The notes beneath the pieces were generated by a model. The model did not search any database, was not told the DNA's origin, and saw only the letters and a list, made by a program, of their open reading frames with translations. The position numbers were made by a program, and so were the translations under genes. Below are positions 19,838 to 29,638 of a stretch of DNA of 64,000 nucleotides, in pieces. The stretch is from Planctomycetota bacterium (lineage in GTDB: Bacteria; Planctomycetota; B15-G4). The stretch covers positions 2,272,001 to 2,336,000 of the forward strand of contig CBDFJQ010000002.1 of NCBI GenBank assembly GCA_965248575.1. Direction: 5' to 3'. How positions within the stretch are numbered: position 1 is the first letter of the stretch; every line of letters starts with the position of its first letter.

Positions 19838-21247
19838 ATGTCGAAGATCGAGAACATCGTCGTTGTCATGCTGGAGAACCGCTCCTTTGACAACATGCTC
19901 GGGGCTGTTTCCGGCCTCAGCCCGGGGCAGTACACGAACCAGGATCTGCGCGGGAAACTGATCCCCACTTGGGGTGCGCCTGGCGACCCGACGACCATCC
20001 CTGCCGTCGACCCCTTCGAAGTCTTCGACGACATGGCGCAGCAGATTCTCGGCTTGGGATCTGTGATTGCGGACACCAACCCCTATTCAAACCCGCGGGA
20101 AAAGTACGGTGCGATGGGCGGGTTCGTCGTCAACTACCAGCGCAAGAAGGACGCACCGAAGAAGGATGTCATGCACATCTTCGACCCTTCCTCAGTCCCG
20201 GTGACCACGTGGCTGGCCCAGAACTTCGCGGTCTGCGATCAGTGGTTCGGTTCCGTGCCGACACAAACCTTTGCGAACCGGATGTTCGCGCAGTGCGCGA
20301 ACCCCGGAAAAGACGCGCTGGGCAACAGCTACATCGATGATTTCCAGTATGCAGTCGACTTCGAGTTCGGGAAGGGCAAGCGCCTTCCGAGCATCTTCCA
20401 GCGACTCGACACGGTCATGGGGACCGCCAAGCAGCCCAATTGGAAGCTCTACTTCCATGACTACGCCATCAGCGGCCGGCTGCTGGAGTACGTCCGACAG
20501 AACTTCTCGGACCCGAAGAACATCAACGTCGCCAACTATAGTCACGCCGACTACCCGGCGGATGCGCCGAAGCCCAAGCATGGCCCGCCCGTCGTAAACC
20601 CGCTCGCCAATCCGGGCAACACATTCCTTGAGGACGTGCTGGGCGGTTCGCTCGCCCCCTACACCTTCATCGAGCCCCGGTATAGCGACAACTACAGCAC
20701 CGATGAATCCCAGATGATGCCGGGGCTGCGCGCGAACAGTAACCATCCAGGGCCCAGTGCCTATGTCGACGCCAAGGTGCCTGCCACCGGTAACGTCATT
20801 GACGTGGCCGACGGTGAACTCCTGTTGCTCGATATCTACCTGGCCTTGCGAACCAGCGACTACTGGGAGAAGACACTGCTCATCGTCACCTACGATGAGC
20901 ACGGTGGCTGCTTCGACCACGTTCCCCCACCTGCCGCGACCAAACCCGGTATTCCACGCACCGGCTCGGGCTTCAACTTCGACGTCTTCGGCCCCCGTGT
21001 CCCGACGCTCATCATCTCGCCCTTCGTCTCACCGAACTCCATCATTTCTCCGCCCGGGTCGACGCCCTTCGACCACACATCGATCATCAAGACGGTGTGG
21101 GACAACTTCGACCTGACGACGACCGGGCACTCATCGCTCAACAATAGGGACGCCGCCGCCCCGAGCGTCTTGCATGGACTCGACTTCTCGTTGCAGAACA
21201 ACCCGGTCGGTGAGCCCGCGCCTTGGCAGCCTGGGGCGTCGCCGTAG
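19838..21247 (+). CDS. Phosphoesterase family protein (phospholipase C / acid phosphatase AcpA type)
   Basis: IENIVVVMLENRSFDNMLG, FAVCDQWF..VPTQTFANR, TYDEHGGCFDHVPPP, GPRVP, FDHTSII; no signal peptide seen. Confidence 0.9.
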   Translation: MSKIENIVVVMLENRSFDNMLGAVSGLSPGQYTNQDLRGKLIPTWGAPGDPTTIPAVDPFEVFDDMAQQILGLGSVIADTNPYSNPREKYGAMGGFVVNYQRKKDAPKKDVMHIFDPSSVPVTTWLAQNFAVCDQWFGSVPTQTFANRMFAQCANPGKDALGNSYIDDFQYAVDFEFGKGKRLPSIFQRLDTVMGTAKQPNWKLYFHDYAISGRLLEYVRQNFSDPKNINVANYSHADYPADAPKPKHGPPVVNPLANPGNTFLEDVLGGSLAPYTFIEPRYSDNYSTDESQMMPGLRANSNHPGPSAYVDAKVPATGNVIDVADGELLLLDIYLALRTSDYWEKTLLIVTYDEHGGCFDHVPPPAATKPGIPRTGSGFNFDVFGPRVPTLIISPFVSPNSIISPPGSTPFDHTSIIKTVWDNFDLTTTGHSSLNNRDAAAPSVLHGLDFSLQNNPVGEPAPWQPGASP

Positions 21248-21382
21248 AGTTCGAAGTACACGCCGGTGGCCGGCAGAAACGGCAACACGGGGTCGTATCA
21301 GCGGATGGATCCAGAGATCGAATGGTCTAAGCTCTGCTGATCCGAGCAGGAGCTGCTCGCGACTCATGCACCGCGCCTGGGA

Positions 21383-22318
21383 ATGACCATGAACATTCGT
21401 ATCAACCTTTCTCGTTCGAGTTTCAGCCCCGCACTGCGCGTTGGGCTTCTCATCGGTTGCGTCTTGTTTGTCGGAGCCGAATCGACCCTGGGGCAGTCAG
21501 CGCCTGAAGGCTCGAGCCCGCCTCCGCTCACCGCCAAGAAAGCATCCGGCAAACTCAAGAAGGCGATTGCTGGCCATCTGAAGTACCAGAAGGGCGAATA
21601 CTCCGACATCATGGAGGAGTTCTGCGAGCAGGTGGATCTGCTCACGGACATCCTCAAGGAGGGCGCCTTCAAGGTGGACGAAGTGATGGAGGCCATGATC
21701 AACGAGATGGGAGTGGCCCTACGCGACATCAACGACGTGCACAACGACGTCGTCAACCAGACGAACTTCGATGCCGAGCAGCTTCTTGTTCAACTGGACT
21801 CGTCGCAGGGATTCCCCGACGCCTTCATCATGGGCGAGTGCGACACCCTCGACAAAGGACTGGCGAAGGCGGGCAAGGCGGCAGAAATCGCCGTCAAGAA
21901 GATGCGCGCCAAGCTCAAGGCCTTCAACAAGAAGGCCATGAAGGCCGCCGAACTCGCCACCATCGGCCATGTGGACACGCCTGATCCCGTCTCCATCGCA
22001 CCGAACCCGGACCACCCGGCGGGCCCCCCCGTCAAGGATCTCAAGGCTGGCGCGACGTTCAGCTCAAGCGAAGGCAATGTATGCCTGACCGGCACCTACA
22101 GCGGAGACTCCGGAGTCAGTGTGGATGTCACCGTCATGGTGGGCGGCATGCCCTTCACGCTCGGCGCCACGACGAGCGGCTGCACCTGGCAAGTGTGCTT
22201 CTCCGATGGCTCAGGCCTGGATGCTCCGCTTGACCCGGGCAACTACTCCTTCGAAATCCGCGAGTTCGACGTGGACGGGACCCTCGACTCCATCTGCACG
22301 TCTGCTGGCGTGCCGTAG
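21383..22318 (+). CDS. Hypothetical secreted protein
   Basis: Signal peptide, helical Lys-rich N-half and Ig-like Cys-containing C-half (LDPGNYSFEIRE). Confidence 0.7.
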   Translation: MTMNIRINLSRSSFSPALRVGLLIGCVLFVGAESTLGQSAPEGSSPPPLTAKKASGKLKKAIAGHLKYQKGEYSDIMEEFCEQVDLLTDILKEGAFKVDEVMEAMINEMGVALRDINDVHNDVVNQTNFDAEQLLVQLDSSQGFPDAFIMGECDTLDKGLAKAGKAAEIAVKKMRAKLKAFNKKAMKAAELATIGHVDTPDPVSIAPNPDHPAGPPVKDLKAGATFSSSEGNVCLTGTYSGDSGVSVDVTVMVGGMPFTLGATTSGCTWQVCFSDGSGLDAPLDPGNYSFEIREFDVDGTLDSICTSAGVP

Positions 22319-22596
22319 GCAAAGTCGTCGGAGGCGCCGGCCTTGTTGGTGATGAGGCCGGCGCGCCGACAACTCCGGAAGAGCCGTTCCGAACGCCGTG
22401 CAGAAAGCTCATCGAGAGCTGGTTCTGCTTGACGAAAAGACGGCGAAAGTGTGAGCCGGGACACGCCCCAGTCTGCCTGCGGGTGTTCGTTCAAGGCCGA
22501 GGCGCCCAACGAGCCCAACGCATACTTTTGGGATACCTTGCACCGGCCCGCGAGCCGCCACGCGGGTCGTCAGAAACCGGAAGTCTGATCGTCTCC

Positions 22597-22617
22597 GGCA
22601 GATCATGATGATCTGCC
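22597..22617. promoter_or_regulatory. Perfect inverted repeat (candidate operator)
   Basis: GGCAGATCAT-g-ATGATCTGCC, about 80 bp upstream of the small peptide gene. Confidence 0.45.
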
Positions 22618-22698
22618 CCTTCAGTGATCCGGGAAGACACACCATCGATGGTCGACGGTCTCGGGTCTTGAAGAGGCAGATACAGGAGACCCGTGTTC

Positions 22699-22950
22699 AT
22701 GCAGACGAAAACCTATCTAGCCAAGACGTTCGTCCTCGGATTCGCGACGGCCGCCCTGGTGCTGGGCGCCATCACCTTGACCTCCCCTGCTGTGAGCGCA
22801 CAGGGGCCCGGCGGCCCCCTCTGCGGCCCGACCCTTCAATGGTCATGCAGCAAGATCGGAGGGCCCTCGCAGTTGTTCGTCGGAACAGTCTGCGCCAAGA
22901 AGCGCTTCGAGAAGAAGACCGGCACGAGCTGCGTGCCGCTCGGTAGCTGA
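22699..22950 (+). CDS. Small secreted 4-Cys peptide
   Basis: AGGAG RBS; Sec signal ending AVSA; mature QGPGGPLCGPTLQWSCSKIGGPSQLFVGTVCAKKRFEKKTGTSCVPLGS. Confidence 0.75.
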   Translation: MQTKTYLAKTFVLGFATAALVLGAITLTSPAVSAQGPGGPLCGPTLQWSCSKIGGPSQLFVGTVCAKKRFEKKTGTSCVPLGS

Positions 22951-22980
22951 GCCGTACGCGTCACGCGTTCGGATGATCAT

Positions 22981-23011
22981 AATCCGGCGCCGGCTTTCCC
23001 GGCGCCGGATT
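22981..23011 (+). terminator. Perfect 13-bp hairpin between the peptide and redoxin genes (attenuator/RNA stabiliser)
   Basis: AATCCGGCGCCGG-ctttc-CCGGCGCCGGATT; no clear U-tract. Confidence 0.55.
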
Positions 23012-23036
23012 CCCTCCAGCTGCAGGGAGAGCCCCC

Positions 23037-23609
23037 GTGCGTCACGCGGCTTCGGAGACCAACGGCTTTCGCAATGGGCTGAGCGTGTGTTGCATCGGCC
23101 TTGGTGTTCTCGTGATCGGTCTCTCCCTACGCATCCGAGCCTTCGAGGTCGAGGTTGCCAAGCTCTCCGAACAAGTCCGCGGCTCTTCACGCGTGGCGCT
23201 GGTTGAGGGAGAGCCCCTGCCATCGATCAGCCTCTTCGATGTGCAGGGTCAACCTCTCGAACCCCTCGGTGGCGCCACCGATAGGGGCACACTGCTGTTC
23301 ATCTCGTCGCAGAGCTGCGATGCGTGCAAGCAAGTGCGCCCCCTGTGGGATGAGATCGCGGGCGCGTTTCGCGGTGCCCCCTTGGCCATGCTCGAGCTCG
23401 TCCTGGAGGCGCAACCCGGTTCTCTGGTTGGCCGTCAGGAGCTCTATCCACTGGCGGTCCCAGGCACCGATCAATGGTCCCTGGTCAACAAACTCCAGGG
23501 CGTTCCAGCTGCCCTGCTCGTGGACGCCAACGGCGTCGTTCGGCGTGCCTTCTACGGCTCACCGCACACGGGCTTGCGACAAGCTGTCGAGCAATTCCTG
23601 TTTCGCTAG
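23037..23609 (+). CDS. Membrane-anchored thioredoxin-fold redoxin (TlpA/MauD-like)
   Basis: N-terminal TM, GEPLPSISL, FISSQSCDACK (CxxC), GVPAALLVDANGVV (cis-Pro loop). Confidence 0.8.
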   Translation: MRHAASETNGFRNGLSVCCIGLGVLVIGLSLRIRAFEVEVAKLSEQVRGSSRVALVEGEPLPSISLFDVQGQPLEPLGGATDRGTLLFISSQSCDACKQVRPLWDEIAGAFRGAPLAMLELVLEAQPGSLVGRQELYPLAVPGTDQWSLVNKLQGVPAALLVDANGVVRRAFYGSPHTGLRQAVEQFLFR

Positions 23610-25550
23610 CGGGTCACGCTGAGACTGCTCGGCGGCTGGAACACCTGAGATCACGAACGCGCGCCCACGGGGTGGTCCCGAGAAGTTGCCGCCTGTCGCC
23701 CCAACCACGAAGTCCATCTCTCCGTCACCGTCGAAGTCGCCTGCGCTGCGCACATCAACGCCGAAGCGGCGATCCGGAGTGAGCGGGCTCATCGTGCGGA
23801 TCAGGCTACCGGTCGCACCCGAGTAGAGATAGACCCTGCCAGCGTTGCTGGCGATGGTATCGGCGCTCCACGACCCGACGATCACGTCGGCATGGCGGTC
23901 GCCGTCCACATCGTCGATGAGACGCCCCGAACCGAACCCGCCTCCGTCGGCGTTCCCGTCGACGGTGAACAGGTGGGTTCCATCTGCTCCGGAGAAGACT
24001 GAGGCCAAGTTGTTGGCGCGATCACCCACCAGGATGTCGGGCACACCGTCCAGGTTGACGTCCTTGCCGGCGTCGATGCGGTCGCCGCCGAGATTGAATC
24101 CCATGCCCACGTCCTCAATGACGTAGAGCACGACGGGAGCCTCCCCGTCATGGGAGTAGACCCGGGCCTGCCCGGCGAAGAAGTCATTCGCCAGGCGATT
24201 GCCCACGACGAACTCATCCCGGCCGTCCGGTGGCACACTGATGTCTCCGAGATAGGCGAGGCCGATGCCCAGCTCGGTGTCCTCGGCAGCACCGTCGATG
24301 GTCTCGAGGATGCTCCCGTCAACGCCGGAGAAGACATACACACGGCCAGCGTGATCCCGTTGGGGCAGGCCCGCATCCAAGAGGATCTCCGAAAGACCGC
24401 CCGAGCCGGCAAAGCTGACGACCATCGAAACGCAGCTCGTCGGGTCGAAGCCGACGTCCTCGAGCGCCGTCGCTGTGGCCAGGAAGCCCGGCTGATCATC
24501 GAGCCGGGTGAGGTCCAGCGTGCCGTGCCCCTCACCGGGATGAAGCGCGGCGTCTCCAGTCCAGCCGCCCGGAACCAGGTACTGCCGCAACAGGCCCGCC
24601 GTGTCAGCCAAGGTCACCATCGCTTCTTGGGGGCCAGGGCAGATGTCGACCAAACCGATGGACTGAACATGTGAAGGCGCTACGAAATCGAAGCGCAGCG
24701 TTCCACCGAGCGCGGAGTCGTCGGGTGCGTCGAAGAGCCCCGGGGTCGACTGCGACGCGTTCTCCTGCAGGATCAGGATCTTCCCTCGACCCACCAGCAG
24801 GTCGGGGTCCGTGGAGAACTGATTGGGGCCTGGCGGGTTGCTGTCGAAGATGGCGGCACCGAACTGGGCGGGCCCGTTGGCGGAAAGGCTGAAGAGCCCA
24901 TCGAAGGTGGCCCCGTCGGAGACCTTCTGGCCATTCGTCAGCACACTGAAGAAATCGCCAGCGGTCTCGAAGTCGACCAGAACTGGTCCGGGCGGCACGT
25001 CGAGCAGGAAGGCGCAGATGAGGATGTCGTCGATGCCGTCGCCGTCGTAGTCACCGCCTGTGGCGATGGCAGCGCCGAAGCCCTCGTCATTGACGTCGCT
25101 GGGGTTGAAGACCTGGAGTGTCTGTCCGTCGACACCCGAGTACACGAACACACGACCGCCGGTGGGTCCGTTGAAGGGCGCACCAGCTACGACGTCGAGC
25201 ACGCCGTCGCCGTTCCAGTCGGTGGTTTCGAGTGAGAATCCCAAGACCCCATTCGAGAGGGACTCGTTCCGCGTCCAGACGATGGTCCCGTCAGCGCCGG
25301 AGTAGACCCGCATCCGTCCTCCCGTTCCGCCAAAGTCCGCTGAGACGGCGAGGTCCGGGACGCCATCGCGAGTCACGTCGCCGACGCTCGTCACCGCCCA
25401 ACCGAAGAAGTCGCCCGTCTCGGGGCTTACGACCTCCCACAGCGCCTCACATTCGGGTTCCAACCACGACTCCTGGCCAGCCGCCCCGATTGTCAAAGCG
25501 AGAAGGAACAGGCTCGAAAGCAGTCTGCGAGGCGTCTTGGGTGAACTCAT
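23559..25550 (-). CDS. Integrin-alpha-like FG-GAP beta-propeller protein with inserted domain
   Basis: FGWAV...GDVTRDGVPD, DVVAGAP, GRVFVYSG repeats; signal peptide; non-repeat insert of about 210 aa. Confidence 0.85.
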   Translation of the reverse strand: MSSPKTPRRLLSSLFLLALTIGAAGQESWLEPECEALWEVVSPETGDFFGWAVTSVGDVTRDGVPDLAVSADFGGTGGRMRVYSGADGTIVWTRNESLSNGVLGFSLETTDWNGDGVLDVVAGAPFNGPTGGRVFVYSGVDGQTLQVFNPSDVNDEGFGAAIATGGDYDGDGIDDILICAFLLDVPPGPVLVDFETAGDFFSVLTNGQKVSDGATFDGLFSLSANGPAQFGAAIFDSNPPGPNQFSTDPDLLVGRGKILILQENASQSTPGLFDAPDDSALGGTLRFDFVAPSHVQSIGLVDICPGPQEAMVTLADTAGLLRQYLVPGGWTGDAALHPGEGHGTLDLTRLDDQPGFLATATALEDVGFDPTSCVSMVVSFAGSGGLSEILLDAGLPQRDHAGRVYVFSGVDGSILETIDGAAEDTELGIGLAYLGDISVPPDGRDEFVVGNRLANDFFAGQARVYSHDGEAPVVLYVIEDVGMGFNLGGDRIDAGKDVNLDGVPDILVGDRANNLASVFSGADGTHLFTVDGNADGGGFGSGRLIDDVDGDRHADVIVGSWSADTIASNAGRVYLYSGATGSLIRTMSPLTPDRRFGVDVRSAGDFDGDGEMDFVVGATGGNFSGPPRGRAFVISGVPAAEQSQRDPLAKQELLDSLSQARVR

Positions 25551-25826
25551 GAGCGCAAGATTCCCAGTGGGTCCGAAGGGAGCCGCGCCAGCAACGTGAC
25601 GAGCGCAGCGATTCGTGGATCAGGGATCCATCAACGGTCCATCAGGGCGCGGTGCAACGCTGCGAGACCCGGCGGCAGGGAGCCCTCTCCCGAGAGAGCC
25701 ACTCCAGGTGACGCCTCGCAGGGGAAGCCACCGACGTACTCATCGCCGCGAATCAAACAACCCTTCCCATCACCTGGTTCGAGAAGAGCCCCACCGGCTC
25801 CCAAGCTTGGGTCGTATGCTGCGGGC

Positions 25827-26975
25827 ATGAACGAACGGAGCATCGCGCATCCTCCCGTGGAGAACCCTCACGGGACGCATGGCTTGCCCTGGGGAGGGCT
25901 GCTTGCGGCACTGCTCTTGTGGGCGCTGAGCTCCGTGCTGTTGGGGCCAGGCGCCACCTGGCCGTTCCTTCGCGGGCACATGTCCATCGCGCATCCGATG
26001 GAGCAGGGCCTCGTCAACGACCGGCTCGCCACGGCGCGTGCCAGAAGGACCTTCAAGAAGACACCCTTGGTGGTTGTGCTAGGAACGAGCCGCGCGAACG
26101 CCGCCCTCAAGCCGTCGGCTCTTGAAGCAGCAGCCCCCGGCATCGAGGCGGTGAGCTTCGCTCACGCCGGCATGCAACCCTTCGAGCTGCGCGGACTCGC
26201 CGACGAGATCGAACCGCTCGGAGCGGACCTGGCGGTGCTCTTGGCTTCGGAGTTCGACACGCACCGCCCCTTGCGGCTCATGCCTCAGACCGCGCCCGGA
26301 AGCCTCGTTGCGCTTCGCGATCTCACCGGATTGCTCGAACCGGCTTTCGTCTGGGAACACCGCACGACATTCCTCCAGCTCTTGCTGTCGAGCGTTGTCC
26401 CGGTCTATCGCTACCGAGAAGTGTTCGCCGTCGCGGGTGCGTCCGAGCTGCGCAGCTTTCCCTCCCCGACGGGTGAGGCGACGTCGACTCCGGAGGCAAC
26501 CTTCCTGCTGCAGGGAAAAGCCCCCCTGCTGATGCATATCCAGAAGGAGCTGGATCGCATCGCGACGCTGTTCCCCAGCATGTCCCGCAAGCAGGCCATT
26601 GCAGAGCTCCGCCAATGTCGGTCCATCACGGATGGGCCCCATGCCGACGTCCAGATGGAACTGCTCAGATTGACGGTGAAGGCGCTGCGTTCCGCCGGGA
26701 CACGGGTGCTGCTAGTGGAGGGTCCCCTCTCACCCAGCACTCTCGGGTACTACGATCCGTCCCTGCGTCAAGAGTTCGTCGCCCTGGCCTTGGACCTGGT
26801 CCAGGACGAGGGCGTGCGTTTCCTCCCGCTCGAGGAAACCGGGCCCCTTCCCATCGAAGCCTTCCGGGATCTGACCCACCTGAGTCGCCCCGCGGCCCAG
26901 GAGTTCGGCAGCTACGTGGGGCAGTGCGTGGGCGACATCCTGGAAGTCCCGGTGAGCGAGCCCGAAGCACGCTGA
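25827..26975 (+). CDS. Membrane-anchored SGNH-like protein (DltD/DUF1574-like)
   Basis: N-terminal TM, VVLGTSR block I and FRDLTHL block V; start reassigned to ATG 25827. Confidence 0.65.
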   Translation: MNERSIAHPPVENPHGTHGLPWGGLLAALLLWALSSVLLGPGATWPFLRGHMSIAHPMEQGLVNDRLATARARRTFKKTPLVVVLGTSRANAALKPSALEAAAPGIEAVSFAHAGMQPFELRGLADEIEPLGADLAVLLASEFDTHRPLRLMPQTAPGSLVALRDLTGLLEPAFVWEHRTTFLQLLLSSVVPVYRYREVFAVAGASELRSFPSPTGEATSTPEATFLLQGKAPLLMHIQKELDRIATLFPSMSRKQAIAELRQCRSITDGPHADVQMELLRLTVKALRSAGTRVLLVEGPLSPSTLGYYDPSLRQEFVALALDLVQDEGVRFLPLEETGPLPIEAFRDLTHLSRPAAQEFGSYVGQCVGDILEVPVSEPEAR

Positions 26976-26985
26976 CGCCAATCCA

Positions 26986-27810
26986 TCACCCCCCATGCGG
27001 CGTCGTCGACGGGTGATAGCTGTGGATGAAGTGCTCCAACAGGTCCGTCAAGGTGAGGATGCCGATCAACTGGGCGTCCTCGACCACCGGCAGCGCACTG
27101 ATCTTTGCGGTGGCCATGAGCTCGGCGGCCTCACGCAAGGTTTGGCTGGGTTCGATGGTGAGAGGCTCGCTTTCCATGATCTCATCCAGCGTCGTCGTGG
27201 GCGCGCGCCCGGCTGCTGCGCAACGGCGGAGGTCTCGATCGGACACGATGCCGGCAAGCTGGCCGCCGTTGACGACGGGCAGGTGGCGCGCATGGAGCAT
27301 GCGGCACATGCCGATAGCCTCGGTCACCGTCGTTTCTGGTGAAGCCTCCATGGGGAAGGGCGTCATGAGCTCTTCCACGGTGGGCTGGGGCGCGTCGTCC
27401 GCTCCCGCGCTCTCGCGCAAGGACCGCATGAGCGTCACGACCAGGTCCATCTCGGACAGGATGCCCACGAGCTGGGCGTCACGCAGCACGGGCAAGCACC
27501 CGTCCTTCTGCGCCAAGCACTGCGTGGAGGCTGTGAGCAGGCTGTCCTCGGGCGTGAGCGTCGAGAGCCTGTCCTGGAGAACGTCCGCGACGGTACGGGA
27601 GGATGGCCCCAGGGAACCGGACGGGGCTCCCATCAGCTCCTGGTCCGTGGGGTAGAGGTCGCGATCGGAGACAACGCCCACGACCCGATCGTGCGCGACG
27701 ACGGGCAGGTGTCGGATGTCCTGACTGTCCATGAGGCTTCGTGCAGCCTCCACCGGCGTGTCCAGGGCGACGCAGTAGGGCGAGGGCGACATGATCGATC
27801 GAACGTCCAT
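26986..27810 (-). CDS. CBS-domain protein (two Bateman modules)
   Basis: IRHLPVV..VGVVSDRD, GCLPV..VGILSEMD, RHLPVV..GIVSDRD, ISALPVV..GILTLTD. Confidence 0.9.
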   Translation of the reverse strand: MDVRSIMSPSPYCVALDTPVEAARSLMDSQDIRHLPVVAHDRVVGVVSDRDLYPTDQELMGAPSGSLGPSSRTVADVLQDRLSTLTPEDSLLTASTQCLAQKDGCLPVLRDAQLVGILSEMDLVVTLMRSLRESAGADDAPQPTVEELMTPFPMEASPETTVTEAIGMCRMLHARHLPVVNGGQLAGIVSDRDLRRCAAAGRAPTTTLDEIMESEPLTIEPSQTLREAAELMATAKISALPVVEDAQLIGILTLTDLLEHFIHSYHPSTTPHGG

Positions 27811-27995
27811 GATGGCTCCATTGGAAAACGGCTGTCAGCAGACGAGGCCCTCAGGGCCTGGGGCTGGTTCTTGGGCTCTAGCGTCTTCGTTGGGCGTCCA
27901 TCAGTCAGGTAGGGAGAGGGCGCAGTCGCACTGGGCCACAGGGCGTAGTCGGACGCATGGGCGCCCGGGAGGACCCTCATCAGGCCCCTATCAGC

Positions 27996-29525
27996 TCAGG
28001 GAGCCGAGGCGCGCAAGGCGTTGGACAGGGTGATGCCGTGGATCGACGAGACGTCCTGGACCAGGAACTGGAAGCTGACCTCAGTCCCCGGCGGGACCCC
28101 AAGCGGCCAGGTGGTCGCGCCTGTGAAGGAGCCCGAGGTGTTGGCGAACAGGTTCAGCTGGCTCGAAAAGGGAAACGCGTGGACGATGCCGCCCAGGGCC
28201 GGAAAGGGTGCTGGTGCAAAGGAGATCCACGCGAGCATCAGCGCGCTGGACGGAACCCGGGTGAGGGTGACCGAAGCCGGCGAACCACCCACCAAGGAGC
28301 CCGTGCTCACAAGCCGCGGCTCACCCGCAACGCCCCTGGACGCCCCGCCCAGATCGCTCCACCGATCGGGATCGACCGTGAGGTTCTCGAACAGGGTGAA
28401 GTTGGCGAAGTTCACCACCACGACATCCTGGTCGCCGTCCTTGTCCATGTCTCCGTGGCCGAGCTCGAACGGCAGGTTGCCCACCGCGTGCAGCTCACCG
28501 CCGCCGAAGGTGCCCGCCCCCTGGTTGAACACCGCACCCAGCGAGCCGGGCCCAGTGCTCAGGCTGAGGGCCACGTCCGCCAGGCCGTCATTGTTGAAAT
28601 CTTCGCCCAGCGTGTCCCATGGACTCTCGACGTTGGCGACGGTCACAGGCGCGGCGAAGCTGCCGCTGCCATCGTTCGTGAGCAGGCCGACACTGTCGAT
28701 ATCGGGGCGTGCCACCAACAGGTCCAGGTCACCGTCCGAGTCCATATCCGCGAACTCGATGCCGTTGGCTTCCGTGGCGCCCACGGACACGATCTCATCC
28801 GCGCCGAACAGCCCACTGCCGTCATTGCGGCGGATGCGCACCGAGGCGGGCCCTCCGCCAAAGAACTGGCCGCTCGCCAAGTCCAGGTCGCCGTCGTTGT
28901 CGACGTCGGCAAGGGCCATGTCCTGCACGGACGACCCCGCCTGGGGATAAGAACCGTCGGGCGTAAACGCACCAATGCCATCGTTCATCCAGATTTCGAA
29001 CATCCCGGCAATGCTGAACAAGAACACGAGATCGGTGGAACCGTCGCCGTCCAGATCCCCCACCACGGGCTTGGACGTGCCAAAGTCTGGCGTCGTTACG
29101 ACCAGCTGCTGAGTGAAGGTCCGCGCGCCCTGGTTCCAGTGGAAGAGGATGCCCGGCGCACCGCCAATGGGAGCGCCCACACCGTTGGCCGCCACGATGT
29201 CCCGTTTGCCATTGAGGTCGAAGTCGGCGGTGGCCACACCGCCCGCTGCGAAGGGCTGGATCGTCGAGGGCAGCACTTGGAAGGTCCCAGTCAGATCCCC
29301 GTTGCCCCAGAAGACACCAACATTGGTGCCGCCCGTAGCGAAGTCCAGATGCCCATCCCCATCGATGTCCGCGAACTCGATGCCGTGACGGTTGCTTCCC
29401 GTGGCGATGGGGCTGCCGGCATCAAAGGTCTGAGCGATCGCGCTCGTTGAAAGAAGACCTAGCAACAGCGCTGCGGGCGCGATCATGGCGCCGAGTCGCC
29501 GGTGGTTGTCGCTACGGTCGAACAT
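27996..29525 (-). CDS. FG-GAP/VCBS repeat secreted protein with C-terminal beta module
   Basis: ADIDGDGHLD, ADFDLNGKRD, GDLDGDGSTD, ADVDNDGDLD repeats; C-terminal WSDLGG...FQFLVQD...LSNAL. Start ATG 29525 or 29486. Confidence 0.85.
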   Translation of the reverse strand: MFDRSDNHRRLGAMIAPAALLLGLLSTSAIAQTFDAGSPIATGSNRHGIEFADIDGDGHLDFATGGTNVGVFWGNGDLTGTFQVLPSTIQPFAAGGVATADFDLNGKRDIVAANGVGAPIGGAPGILFHWNQGARTFTQQLVVTTPDFGTSKPVVGDLDGDGSTDLVFLFSIAGMFEIWMNDGIGAFTPDGSYPQAGSSVQDMALADVDNDGDLDLASGQFFGGGPASVRIRRNDGSGLFGADEIVSVGATEANGIEFADMDSDGDLDLLVARPDIDSVGLLTNDGSGSFAAPVTVANVESPWDTLGEDFNNDGLADVALSLSTGPGSLGAVFNQGAGTFGGGELHAVGNLPFELGHGDMDKDGDQDVVVVNFANFTLFENLTVDPDRWSDLGGASRGVAGEPRLVSTGSLVGGSPASVTLTRVPSSALMLAWISFAPAPFPALGGIVHAFPFSSQLNLFANTSGSFTGATTWPLGVPPGTEVSFQFLVQDVSSIHGITLSNALRASAP

Positions 29526-29638
29526 GGGAGTTGGCTTCCGGTGGGATCGTGACTTCAGGGCGGGGGACAGCCCAAGACGCGCGAAGCAGTCTACCTGGTG
29601 TGGAAACCCTGCCGAGGGCCACCCATCGCAAGAGGGCC

